The translations under genes were made by a program, and so were the position numbers. A stretch of 64,000 bases of DNA from Stegostoma tigrinum (taxonomy: Eukaryota), in NCBI RefSeq assembly GCF_030684315.1, contig NC_081384.1, forward strand, positions 31,396,935 to 31,460,934, written 5' to 3'. The notes below the pieces were generated by a model. The model saw nothing but the letters and a program-made list of their open reading frames with translations. It had not been told where the DNA came from and ran no database searches. Positions 38,701 to 51,660 of this stretch are shown in pieces; the stretch's first letter is position 1, and each line of letters opens with the position of its first letter.

Positions 38701-39515
38701 GTGCTCCTACGATGCTGCTTGTCCTACTGTGTTCATCCAGTTCCACACTTTGTTATCACAAACTTTGTCCATTTTTGCTGCTGAACCGGAATACAAAATT
38801 CAAAGAAACAATCGTATCACAGAAAAAAATCAGAGCAGTGGAATTGAAAAAGGGTTGATACGTCTCAGGTGTAAGTGCAAATCTTGAACGAACATTGGAG
38901 ATGACGAGCACGAAGAGTAACAGACTGAAGACAGAAGTATCAGTAGCATTTATACTCAGTGTCAAAAGGTTAAATGAGAGAAGTCAAAAATAGACATCAA
39001 ACTGGTAAATGTGTAATGTTAAACCAAATTTATTTATATCAATGAGTTCGTTTTCAGTATAAAAATTTCCAGCTTAAAAAAAATTTACTTCCCAACGTAC
39101 AAATAAATAACAATAAATTAACATCTTTAAGTTAATTGACATATTACATAAATTTCAATAAATTAAGACGTCTCGTCAATAAATATGAATAAATTAGAGT
39201 AACTGAAATGGGTTTCAAGATTGGCAAATAGGAGTTCACAAGTGACAAGGTCAATGTGGTTCAGAAATCACTGAACTGGAAGTCTGATGTTCCAAAACAG
39301 ACTTCACACTCAGTGAAACTTCAACATTGCATCGGGGGAAAACATCGCAACAATACATGTCAGTGAATTAAAATAAATAGTTCTGGCAACACTCCCGTTG
39401 TTGCTCTTGATGCAAGTGAGAAAAAAAATTCTTGCAAACATATATAAACAGTTTCAATGAAAAAGTCTTTGAAATAAATATTCATTGTTCTGGTCCGCAG
39501 TGAATATGTTTTTTT

Positions 39516-41816
39516 TCAGTTTCTTCTGTTGACTTGTGCCATTATGAAATGCAGCTGTTGTAAACGGGCTCTGGTCTCATCACGAATTATTTCCCAGGAA
39601 CATTCACTGAATTTCTGAAAAGTAAGATATTCAAGTAAGTGCATTTGAAAATGAACAAATTAAATGTTGCCATGATTCACACAGTTAGTTATCAATTCTC
39701 ATACCTCGTGTTTGAGAAACTTTTCCAGGTTCCTGAAGTAATGTTGAATGGCAGCATTTCTCTTCAGTTTGTGGTCAGATCCTGATTTCCTCACGCAGTC
39801 TTGCAACTCTCTGAGCTGTTGATCGAGGAGAAGACGAAAATGTTCAACCTTGTCCCAGGCCCAAGTGACTGAACCCAGGTTCATGCTGTAGATCTTGTTG
39901 ATGTGGTGCAGGGTTTGATGGATAATCGCAGTCCTTTCCTGAGTCTGAACAAAACACACAAGGTTAGAAGAGACGACATTATTTCCGTTCGTGGTAATAA
40001 AACGTGAGGCTGGATGAACACAGCAGGCCGAGCAGCATCTCAGGAGCACAAAAGCCGACGTTTCGGGCCTAGACCCTTCATCAGAGAGGGGTTGGGGTGT
40101 GGGTTCTGGAATAAATTTGAGATGCAGCTGGGCCTGCTGTGTTCATCCAGCCTCACATTTTATTATCTTGGATTCTGCAGCATCCGCAGTTCCCATTATC
40201 ACTGATACAATTATTTCCGTTCGTTTTGGGTTAATATTCAATTCAATAAACAAACAGCAAATAACAGTTAATTGTTCAAATCCAATATTATCACATCAAT
40301 GGAAAATGAGCAATGCGAGTCTTTAAATCAATGATTAAGATGCAGGTATAAAGGGTTTATTCAGCAGAGGAAAAGGGCATGACAAGTTAGAGTTTTCTGC
40401 AGCCTCGAATTGTGCTGATAAAAGTGGAATGGAAAAGGTTCCAAACGATGAATATCCAGTTCCTCAGACAACAAGAAACAGGCTCAATCAAGTCGGAGAA
40501 CTAAACAGCTAAATAGGGGTAATTGGAATGTGTGCCGATTAATTAGTGTGTAACACAAGAAGGAAGCTAAACATGTTTTTGAGAAGTATTAATAAAAGAA
40601 AAGCTGGCTGGTAAGGGAGCAAAATATATGATCCCTTCTCTGTTAGCAAGGGTATCACTGAAGACTGAAACATTAATTTGAATTTACTTGCTTTCGAGAA
40701 CAAAAGTGTGAAACGTGAGAGTGAAGTGGCAAGTTGATGATAAACTCAGCAGGAAGTAACTCGACAAGGAGAAAGTCATCAAGAGTTAACAGCGAATAGA
40801 ATGTGAATGCTACTTGCCCTTTTATGAATATATTCTGAGTTTGCTTTTGCAAAGTAGAAATTCGTGTAAAATCATGCTCAAAGGAGCGAGAAAATAATAA
40901 ACATATCCTGTGTGGTGAAGAATGTTGATGGTTCGGAACTTGGATATAACGTGGAAAGTGCAGCGATAGCGAGAAAGATCCTGTGAAGCCTGAGAACAGG
41001 GGCCCTTTCGCTTCCAGCCCGAACTTTCGAGAGCAGGATGGGGATTTGTTCAGTGAGAGGGTTGAGTTTTAAGCAGGCAAAGTGATTCTCAGTGACAGCC
41101 CTGTTCAACGTCAGTTGGGGCAGCCGAATGGTAAACGACGAATTCACAAAACAGTGGAGAGTGCTGCAGTGATTTTTGTCAATTCACTTCGGCTGAAATG
41201 GGACTAAAAAATGGACAGATGTTGACAACGCTAAAACCAAACGAAGGTACCTTGAGAGCAGTACTGACAAAGCATGAACTTGTTCACAGTGTGCCAGTCT
41301 CATGCTTTTACTGAGACGGGTTGCGGCGATTTACACAACGGATGGAAATCATTGCGGTTCAACCTCCAACGATCTGATCGTGTCGCTAATCTCACACATA
41401 CATTCTCTAAAGTCTCAGTCTGAATAAAATGACTCACCTCAAATCCGTCGGAAAGTTTCACCAGATCCAAGGGCTTAGTTTTCAGTGACAGCCTCTGCCT
41501 TATGCAATGTCGGGGGAAATGACCTCCCTGAGAAGAGGAAACAGTCCCGGTTACATTCAGTCCCACAAACTGAAATGCTGGAGAAACACCGAACGGTAAT
41601 TGCACAAAATGAATATCTATTTCTCCCTCAACCGACATTGAACAGCGAGCAGACCAACTGGGACTCCGATCAGTTGACACTCACCATTTCGTACAGTTTG
41701 CTCAAGGTCTCTGTGTTGAGAACTTGCTGTAACTGCAGCCTCTCACAGCCCAGACTCAGGCTCCCGGACACCAAACCCAGCACCATCCAAAATCTCCAAA
41801 CCGTCGCCAGACACAT
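39516..41816 (-). CDS. Type I interferon copy 5, intact, with a single chimeric exon 1: 41685-41816, 41438-41527, 39705-39944, 39516-39614
   Basis: Exon 1 MCLATVWRFWMVLGLVSGSLSLGCERLQLQQVLNTETLSKLYEM has a B-type 5' part and an A-type 3' end and intron. All exons are open with GT-AG boundaries. Confidence 0.92.
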
Positions 41817-44233
41817 GTTGTACCGAGACAGAAGGTAGCACCGAGGTGGAAGATGAGAAAGCGGTCAGTGTGCAGTCGGAGCGGATTGTGACCCGGGAGC
41901 GACCGCCTGTGCTGCCGAGTGCTGTGAGTGTGAGCCTGGGCTCTGCTGGTTGCTCTCACCGGCACTGCCATGCTGGCGGCTTTAAAGGGGCACATTACAT
42001 TCCAAAAGTGAAAACTGCTCCCAGGATTTTTGGAGGACCTGGAGCAGGAGCGTGTGCTCTTTCTTTCTGAGGTAAGGAATCGAAAAGCTGGAGATTCCCG
42101 AAGCTGCGGCTGGAAAATCCCGGGTCGAAAATCGCAACCAGCGCTCGATTTGCAGCTGAATGTTGAGTGTGTTCAGATGATCGGGCACTGAGCTGGTGCA
42201 GGGGGAGGATCTGTACTTGGCTGGTGGGATTGGGTCTGGGTCGGGATATGTACTTGGGGCTGGATGTCCTAATCCGGATTATAGAGACCCCGTACGCGGA
42301 AATCCCCGGTGTCACGGCGCTAGTCGCGTTCCCATTTTCCAGGTTGGAGATGACAGGGAGCCCGGGTCACAGGCCTGGCTCACCGGCTGCTGGCGACTGT
42401 CTCCGCTCACATTCACCTGGCCCAGAATCCGCTCCCTCACTGGAGCAAGGTTCCCACTTCCAGCTCGGATTCCGGAAATATTTTCAGGATCTCTATCGAA
42501 TCACCAGGATCTGATCCGACTCTGAAAGTGATCCCTCTCCCTTTCCTTTCATCGCTTCTTTCTGCTCTCTCTCTTCCGGGAAAGTGTCCGTGTCGGTTTC
42601 TCTCTGCAAATGTACCTCGTGTCTGTTTTCTCAAAAGCGAAAGTGCCGCAGGGAAAGTGACGCGTTTTGTCATTTCCGAAAGGGAGTGGAGTTTGTCAAC
42701 ACAGCGGGTCTGACTGAGAGGGGGCAGGACAAGGAACATGTGGGAAAGTATTTGTGATATTCCGGAACATGTTGGTTCAGGGGCAAATGTCTCCAAATCA
42801 CTTTTACTTGGAACTACCACCCACTCTGACAGAGCAGGTGAACTATTTAAATGCTTGAAATGTTCACTTTTATAATTAAGTCTTGCTGTTTGTAGCTGGA
42901 ACAGAAACTGTTTTTACCCGAAATAGAATTTGGCCGTTGATTTTAAACTGTTGCCAACGAGAATTCGCACAAGATTGGTCCTCTTTAAATTACAATGATA
43001 CTTAGCGCTCAACATTTGCCAATCACAAAATTTCTTTGCAACCGCTTTCCTACACGCATGGAACTGTCCTCATAGCCAAACACTCCAGGGTCGTCGTTGA
43101 CACATTCGCCAAGGCCTGCAAGCTTCAACAAAGCGAATGTCTGCATCCTGAGCAGGACCAGTGTGACATGCGAGACAAAGTCTGCTTCAAAAGGCTACAT
43201 TTATATAACGCCGTTCATGACCAAAACACTCATCAAATCACCCTGCAAAAATAGACTCTTTTTAAAATGTATTCACTTTAAATGCAACAAATATGTTCTG
43301 CGTATTGTGTTGCACAACCTCAGAGCATGTGGAATTCAGTAAAACGCAGATAACCTGGTTTTGTGATATTGATTGTGGTTCAGTTAGAGGAATGCCAGAC
43401 GGATCATTGGTGGGGCATAAAGTACTCAGTATTTCTGTTGGTAACTTGTTTGAAGGGGCGCACGACAAGCAAGAAATGCTAGCGCAGTCAGCGACAACGC
43501 CTTCCCAGGACTGAATGACAAAAATCAGAAAACCATCCAGAATGTGGAACGTCAATGGAAAGAGGAAGCTGATGAAAGGTGGGGATGTTTTGTTGTCAAT
43601 ACGCAGGATATTCGTGCAAACAAATTCCGAGTACTAGTTATATAATGTTTGGGCTCACTACTTAAACAAGATACACAATTATCAGACAAACTTCAGAGTA
43701 AATCCACTCGGTTAATTCTTGGAATATTAATGTTGGCTAATAAGAACAGATTTCGCGTCTGGGCCCACGTAAATTGCAGTTGTGCAGAATGAAATGGTGA
43801 AGTTATTGAAACAACTAAGGATCTGGGGAGACTTAAGTGAATAAATGTTATGAAGGTATTTCGGCCTTTGTGAATGCGACTAAATGCTCATTGGTTGAAT
43901 ATGAGCAAACTCCACTTCAGATAGAGGTAAGGACAATTTCCTGGTCGAGGAGTCGATTGTCACTCCGTACGTCCACCCCTGACACCCACCGTGATATTCT
44001 TTAAAATATTCAGGTCTATAGTGAGATTTTTGATCGACAATCAAACCATAACTTTTTGTAGGGACTACAAACCTGAAAAGAACAGGAGGTGCTGATAATC
44101 TGAAACATAAAACAGGAATTGTTGCAGAAAATCAGTCGTCTGACAGCAACTGTAGCAAGAAAGGAGAACTAACGTTATTATTCCAGTGACCTTCAGGAGC
44201 GAACGGGAAAAGAAATGACTCTGCTTTCTCTCT

Positions 44234-45834
44234 GAGATAATGGGGACTGCAGATGCTGGAGATTCCAAGATAATAAAATGTGAGGCTGGATGAACACAGC
44301 AGGCCAAGCAGCATCTCAGGAGCACAAAAGCTGACGTTTCGGGCCTGGACCCTTCATCAGAGAGGGGGATGGGGAGAGGGAACTGGAATAAATAAGGAGA
44401 GAGGGGGAGGCGGACCGAAGATGGAGAGTAAAGAAGATAGGTGGAGAGAGTATAGGTGGGGAGGTAGGGAGGGGATAGGTCAGTCCAGGGAAGACGGACA
44501 GGTCAAGGAGGTGGGATGAGGTTAGTAGGTAGATGGGGGTGCGGCTTGGGGTGGGAGGAAGGGATGGGTAAGAGGAAGAACCGGTTAGGGAGGCAGAGAC
44601 AGGTTGGACTGGTTTTGGGATGCAGTGGGTGGGGGGGAAGAGCTGGGCTGGTTGTGTAGTGCAGTGGGGGGAGGGGACAAACTGGGCTGGTTTAGGGATG
44701 AGATAATGGGGACTGCAGATGCTGGAGATTCCAAGATAATAAAATGTGAGGCTGGATGAACACAGCAGGCCAAGCAGCATCTCAGGAGCACAAAAGCTGA
44801 CGTTTCGGGCCTAGACCCTTCATCAGAGAGGGGGATGGGGGGAGGGAACTGGAATAAATAGGGAGAGAGGGGGAGGTGGACCGAAGATGGAGAGTAAAGA
44901 AGATAGGTGGAGAGAGTGTAGGTGGGGAGGTAGGGAGGGGATAGGTCAGTCCAGGGAAGACGGACAGGTCAAGGAGGTGGGATGAGGTTAGAAGGTAGCG
45001 GGGGGTGCGGCTTGGGGTGGGAGGAAGGGATGGGTGAGAGGAAGAACCGGTTAGGGAGGCAGAGACAGGTTGGCCTGGTTTTGGGATGCAGTGGGTGGGG
45101 GGGAAGAGCTGGGCTGGTTGTGTGGTGCAGTGGGGGGAGGGGACGAACTGGGCTAGTTGAGGGATGCAGTAGGGGAAGGGGAGATTTTGAAACTGGTGAA
45201 GTCCACATTGATACCATATGGCTGCAGGGTTCCCAGGCGGAATATGAGTTGCTGTTCCTGCAACTCCACATTGATACCATATGGCTGCAGGATTCCCAGG
45301 CGGAATATGAGTTGCTGTTCCTGCATATTCCGCCTGGGAACCCTGCAGCCATATGGTATCAATGTGGACTTCACCAGTTTCAAAATCTCCCCTTTCCCTA
45401 CTGCATCCCTCAACCAGCCCAGTTCGTCCCCTCCCCCCACTGCACCACACAACCAGCCCAGATCTTCCCCCCCACCCACTGCATCCCAAAACCAGTCCAA
45501 CCTGTCTCTGCCTCCCTAACCGGTTCTTCCTCTCACCCATCCCTTCCTCCCACCCCAAGCCGCACCCCCCGCTACCTACTAACCTCATCCCACCTCCTTG
45601 ACCTGCCCGTCTTCCCTGGACTGACCTATCCCCTCCCTACCTCCCCACCTACACTCTCTCCACCTATCTTCTTTACTCTCCATCTTCGGTCCGCCTCCCC
45701 CTCTCTCCCTATTTATTCCAGTTCCCTCCCCCCATCCCCCTCTCTGATGAAGGGTCTAGGCCCGAAACGTCAGCTTTTGTGCTCCTGAGATGCTGCTTAG
45801 CCTGCTGTGTTCATCCAGCCTCACATTTTATTAT
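44234..45834. mobile_element. Composite Penelope-like insertion: tandem 3' ends plus an inverted copy
   Basis: Units 44234-44700 and 44700-45325, then an inverted arm 45326-45834. 15-bp direct repeat ctctgctttctctct at 44219-44233 and 45835-45849; empty sites at ~30032 and ~38114. Confidence 0.88.
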
Positions 45835-47232
45835 CTCTGCTTTCTCTCTATAGGGTTTCTGCAGAAATGTTTGTTTCTGTCAAAGGTCTTTAGGGTATGA
45901 GCTGAAAATATGAGCGAAGGCCACAATCTGATCAGCTGCAACACAACATTCGAAACACTTGACGTGTTAAGTGTTCACCGTTTTACATGGTTATGCGATC
46001 AAATATTTCTTTAAAAAATGTATCTATCGCAGCTGGAAGCTGTTATGATTCGTAGTCGCACTCCTCACTCTGATTATTGTTTTAAAAATTAAAGGTATCA
46101 TTCTTCAACCAGTTTCTGCTTTTCCTATTTGTACACGGTGGCTGGTATTCTTACAACCATTATTCAAAATTCACATCAACTCTCCCATTCCATTTATCTC
46201 TCCGTGCAAACGGCTTTCCCCTTCACTGCTCGGCAACCAGTCTCATCTGGACATCGCGCAGTTTTTCCGCCGTCTCCGCTTCCCCACCGATAACTCTCCT
46301 CTCCACCTATCTTCTCCTCTTTCCATCTTCTCTCCGCCTCCCCTCTCTCCCTATTAACTTCAGATTCCTCTCCCATCCCCCTTTTCTGATGAAGGGTCTA
46401 GGCCCGAAACGTCAGCTTTTGTGCTCCTAAGATGCTGCTTGTCCTACTGTGTTCATCCAGCTCCACACTTTGTTATCACAAACTTTGTCCATTTTTGCTG
46501 CTGAACCGGAATACAAAATTCAAAGAAACAATCGTATCACAGAAAAAATCAGAGCAGTGGAATTGAAAAAGGGTTGATACGTCTCAGGTGTAAGTGCAAA
46601 TCTTGAACGAACATTGGAGATGACGAGCACGAAGAGTAACAGACTGAAGACAGAAATATCAGTAGCATTTATACTCAGTGTCAAAAGGTTAAATGAGAGA
46701 AGTCAAAAATGGACATCAAACTAGTAAATGTGTAATGTTAAACCGAATTTATTTATATCAATGAGTTCGTTTTCAGTATAAAAATTTCCAGCTTAAAAAA
46801 AATTTACTTCCCAACGTACAAATAAATAACAATAAATTAGCATCTTTAAGTTAATTGACATATTACATAAATTTCAATAAATTAAGACGTCTCGTCAATA
46901 AATATGAATAAATTAGAGTAACTGAGATGGGTTTCAAGATTGGCAAGTCGGAGTTCACAAGTGACAAGGTCAATGTGGTTCAGAAATCACTGAACTGGAA
47001 GTCTGATGTTCCAAAACAGACTTCACACTCAGTGAAACTTCAACATTGCATCGGGAGAAAACATCGCAACAATACATGTCAGTGAATCAAAATAAATAGT
47101 TCTGGCAACACTCCCGTTGTTGCTCTTGATGCAAGTGAGAAAAAAAATTCTTACAAACATATATAAACAGTTTCAATGGAAAGTCTTTGAAATAAATATT
47201 CATTGTTCTGGTCTGCAGTGAGTATGTTTTTT

Positions 47233-49529
47233 TCAGTTTCTTCTGTTGACTTGTGCCATTATGAAATGCAACTGTTGTAAACGGGCTCTGGTCTCAGCAC
47301 GGATTATTTCCCAGGAACATTCACTGAATTTCTGAAAAGTAAGATATTCAAGTAAGTGCATTTGAAAATGAAAAAATTAAATGTTGCCATGATTTACACA
47401 GTTAGTTATCAATTCTCATACCTTGTGTTTGAGAAACTTTTCCAGGTTCCTGAAGTAATGCTGAATGGCAGCATTTCTCTTCAGTTTGTGGTCAGATCCT
47501 GATTTCCTCAGGCAGTCTTGCAACTCTCTGAGCTGTTGATCGAGGAGAAGACGAAAATGTTCAACCTTGTCCCAGGCCCAAGTGACTGAACCCAGGTTCA
47601 TGCTGTAGATCTTGTTGATGTGGTGCAGGGTTTGATGGATAATCGCAGTCCTTTCCTGAATCTGAACAAAACACACAAGGTTAGAAGAGACGACATTATT
47701 TCCGTTCGTGGTAATAAAACGTGCGGCTGGATGAACACAGCAGGCCGAGCAGCATCTCAGGAGCACAAAAGCCGACGTTTCGGGCCTAGACCCTTCATCA
47801 GAGAGGGGTTGGGGTGTGGGTTCTGGAATAAATTTGAGATGCAGCTGGGCCTGCTGTGTTCATCCAGCCTCACATTTTATTATCTTGGATTCTGCAGCAT
47901 CCGCAGTTCCCATTATCACTAATACAATTATTTCCGTTCGTTTTGGGTTAATATTCAATTCAATAAACAAACAGCAAATAACAGTTAATTGTTCAAATCC
48001 AATATTATCACATCAATGGAAAATGAGCAATGCGAGTCTTTAAATCAATGATTAAGATGCAGGTATAAAGGGTTTATTCAGCAGAGGAAAAGGGCATGAC
48101 AAGTTAGAGTTTTCTGCAGCCTCGAATTGTGCTGATAAAAGTGGAATGGAAAAGGTTCCAAACGATGAATATCCAGTTCCTCAGACAACAAGAAACAGGC
48201 TCAATCAAGTCGGAGAACTAACAAGCTAAATAGGGGTAATTGGAATGTGTGCCGATTAATTAGTGTGTAACACAAGAAGGAAGCTAAACATGTTTTTGAG
48301 AAGTATTAATAAAAGAAAAGCTGGCTGGTAAGGGAGCAAAATATATGATCCCTCCTCTGTTAGCAAGGGTATCACTGAAGACTGAAACATTAATTTGAAT
48401 TTACTTGCTTTAGAGAACAACAGTGTGAAACGTGAGTAAAGTGGCAAGTTGATGATAAACTCAGCAGGAAGTAACTCGACAAGGAGAAAGTCATCAAGAG
48501 TTAACAGCGAATAGAATGTGAATGCTACTTGCCCTTTTTTGAATATATTCTGAGTTTGCTTTTGCAAAGTAGAAATTCGTGTAAAATCATGCTCAAAGGA
48601 GCGAGAAAATAATAAACATATCCTGTGTGGTGAAGAATGTTGATGGTTCGGAACTTGGATGTAACGTGGAAAGTGCAGCGATAGCGAGAAAGATCCTGTG
48701 AAGCCTGAGAACAGGGGCCCTTTCGCTTTCAGCCCGAACTTTCGAGAGCAGGATGGGGATTTGTTCAGTGAGAGGGTTGAGTTTTAAGCAGGCAAAGTGA
48801 TTCTCAGTGACAGCCCTGTTCAACGTCAGTTGCGGCAGCCGAATGGTAAACGACTAATTCACAAAACAGTGGAGAGTGCTGCAGTGATTTTTGTCAATTC
48901 ACTTCAGCTGAAATGGGACTAAAATGGACAGATGTTGACAACGCTAAAACCAAACGAAGGTACCTTGAGAGCAGTACTGACAAAGCATGAACTTGTTCAC
49001 AGTGTGCCAGTCTCATGCTTTTACTGAGACGGGTTGCGGCGATTTACACAACGGATGGAAATCATTGCGGTTCAACCTCCAACGATCTGATCGTGTCGCT
49101 AATCTCACACATACATTCTCTAAAGTCTCAGTCTGAATAAAATGACTCACCTCAAATCCGTCGGAAAGTTTCACCAGATCCAAGGGCTTAGTTTTCAGTG
49201 ACAGCCTCTGCCTTATGCAATGTCGGGGGAAATGACCTCCCTGAGAAGAGGAAACAGTCCCGGTTACATTCAGTCCCACAAACTGAAATGCTGGAGAAAC
49301 ACCGAACGGTAATTGCACAAAATGAATATCTATTTCTCCCTCAACCGACATTCAACAGCGAACAGACCAACTGGGACTCCGATCAGTTGACACTCACCAT
49401 TTCGTACAGTTTGCTCAAGGTCTCTGTGTTGAGAACTTGCTGTAACTGCAGCCTCTCACAGCCCAGGCTCAGGCTCCCTGACCCCAAGAGCAGCACCACC
49501 CAGAGTCTCCAAATTCTCGCCAGAGCCAT
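47233..49529 (-). CDS. Type I interferon copy 6, intact: exon 1A 49398-49529, exon 2 49151-49240, exon 3 47422-47661, exon 4 47233-47331
   Basis: Open 186-aa frame MALARIWRLW...KFSECSWEIIRAETRARLQQLHFIMAQVNRRN*, canonical splice sites. Confidence 0.93.
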
Positions 49530-51528
49530 GCTGCACCGAGATAGCGGCGAAACTCTGACCAGAAGAATCCGATCACGACTGGATCTGCTTCCAACTCCCA
49601 AAACAGTCCCTTTTTCACTGATAATGGGAACTGCAGATGCTGGAGAATCCAAGACATTAAAATGTGAGGCTGGATGAACACAGCAGGCCCAGCAGCATCT
49701 CAGGAGCACAAAAGCTGACGTTTCGGACCTAGACCCTTCATCAGAGCAGAAGCGGTTTCCTTCAGTGTCGAGTCCTGTGCGACTGTCTGAGTATATCTGC
49801 ATGTCTGACAGAGCGAAGTCGGCCTGAGCTGGGTGCTGTGACCGCCTGAGCGGCCGGTGTATATAGGAGGCACTGGCGAGGTGTGGCCATGACATTCGAA
49901 AAGTGAAACCAGCTTCCGGGAGTTTTCAATGATCAGAGGAGAGCAAGTGTGTGTGCTCCCTGTCTGACGGAAGGAATCTGAAAGCTGAAGATTCCTGAAG
50001 GAGCGAGTGGAAGATCCCTGACAGAAAATAACAACGAGTGTTCGAGACAAGCTCAAAGATCCGACAATTCCTTCCAAAATCATTTAAAGCATTATTGGAA
50101 AACCGAATACTTTCTCTCAATTAAAACGGATATACGGGCATTATTGGAGCAATGGGTTAGATTGCTGAATTATATTTCTTCAATCAACACGACAAACAAC
50201 ATTCAGACGATGCGTAAATTTGAAAAAAGAACTCATCTCTCGCCTCCTCTGCAACCTTTCAAAGACTGAACCACAGCTTCGTCGTTCAAGGTCTCTCTGC
50301 TCGACGGACCGATCTGGCTGGGACTGCATTCCGTTGCTCCCATTCTGATCAAACTCATTGTAGCCTGAGAATGATCACATCTCTTCACACTCCAAACTGC
50401 TCACACACTCTCACTGTCAGCTGACTCCAACGGAAGCTGCCCTTAGTCCCTGATAACAAAGTGTGGAGCTGGATGAACTCAGCAGGCCAATACAGAAGGT
50501 TCATCCAGCTCTACACTGTTCAATCTCGGATTCTCAAGCATCTGCAGTTTCTTTTGTCTCTGCCCCAAGTCCCCCTGTACTAATCTCCGTGCTCATCCCT
50601 ACTGGACAAAATACAAATTGTAGCCTTAGATTCCAAGCGTTGCGAGGACCGAAAGCTCTGTCCCTCGGGACATCTCCCTGAAGACTCCAATTGTACTGCA
50701 TTTTCACTCGGTATATTCATCAGCCACAATCATTTCCGTTAACTGCGCATCGAGAGACTGGAGTAAATGTTTTTGTTTTACGAAGCAAAAACTGTCTTCC
50801 TTGTCACTCACTCCAGCCAAACCAAATTTCACCCCTCTCAATGACAACCTTCTGAACCAGACCCAGGCAATGCGCCCCGTGTTTTATATTTGACCCCGAG
50901 GTGAACTTATGATGCTTACCTGAATCATCATCGTCCTCCTGTTTGGAGTAAGCTATATCTCAGACTTAAGCATTGCCCCCTGTTTCAGATTCCGCGAAAA
51001 CATGCAACTCTACCTTCCCTTCTGCCCTGTATAGGCCAAGGTCACGGCTCTGTGGCTGCGACGCCATTCGGCCATACTCCCAAACACCTTTGCCCTGCCC
51101 TGACATGCACTAGAACACAGCTACCTCCACACCTCATTCCCGTTTTGAATGTACACCTCTGTCCCCAGACATAGTGGAACACCTCACTCGTTTCCGTCAA
51201 GTTCCCTTCCTCCTCTGTTCAACTCCCGCTGATATGTGCCGAGCCGGGACCAACAATTCCACGTCAATCAATTTCAGGCATTATTCTGGTGACACCTCCT
51301 GGCCATGCTCCCAATGCAGCACACGGGAAATGCACTGCGCCTCTCCTTCAACAAGATGACCAGCTGTACACACCACACGAGATGTGCTCTGATCGATTCC
51401 AGTACAATCGAAAAAACCGCACAACTTCAGTATTGTTATATGTTTTGTCTTTGCGTGTCAACAGTTTCCGACTCTCGTACTCTAACATACAAACGTTCGG
51501 ATCTGTATTTGGGGCAGCTGACACTCAC

Positions 51529-51660
51529 CATTTCGTGCAGTTTGCTCAGAGTCTCTGTGTTGAGAACTTGCTGTAACTGCAGCCTCTCACAGCCCAGACT
51601 CAGGCTCCCGGACACCAAACCCAGCACCATCCAAAATCTCCAAACCGTCGCCAGACACAT
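51529..51660 (-). CDS. Distal exon 1B of IFN copy 6
   Basis: 132 bp, MCLATVWRFWMVLGLVSGSLSLGCERLQLQQVLNTETLSKLHEM, GTGAGT donor. Confidence 0.85.

Noticed and set aside
44782-45788. Two antiparallel 268-aa ORFs (also 60732-61738)
   Set aside because: Artefact of the inverted Penelope 3' region; low-complexity Pro/Gly-rich translation.
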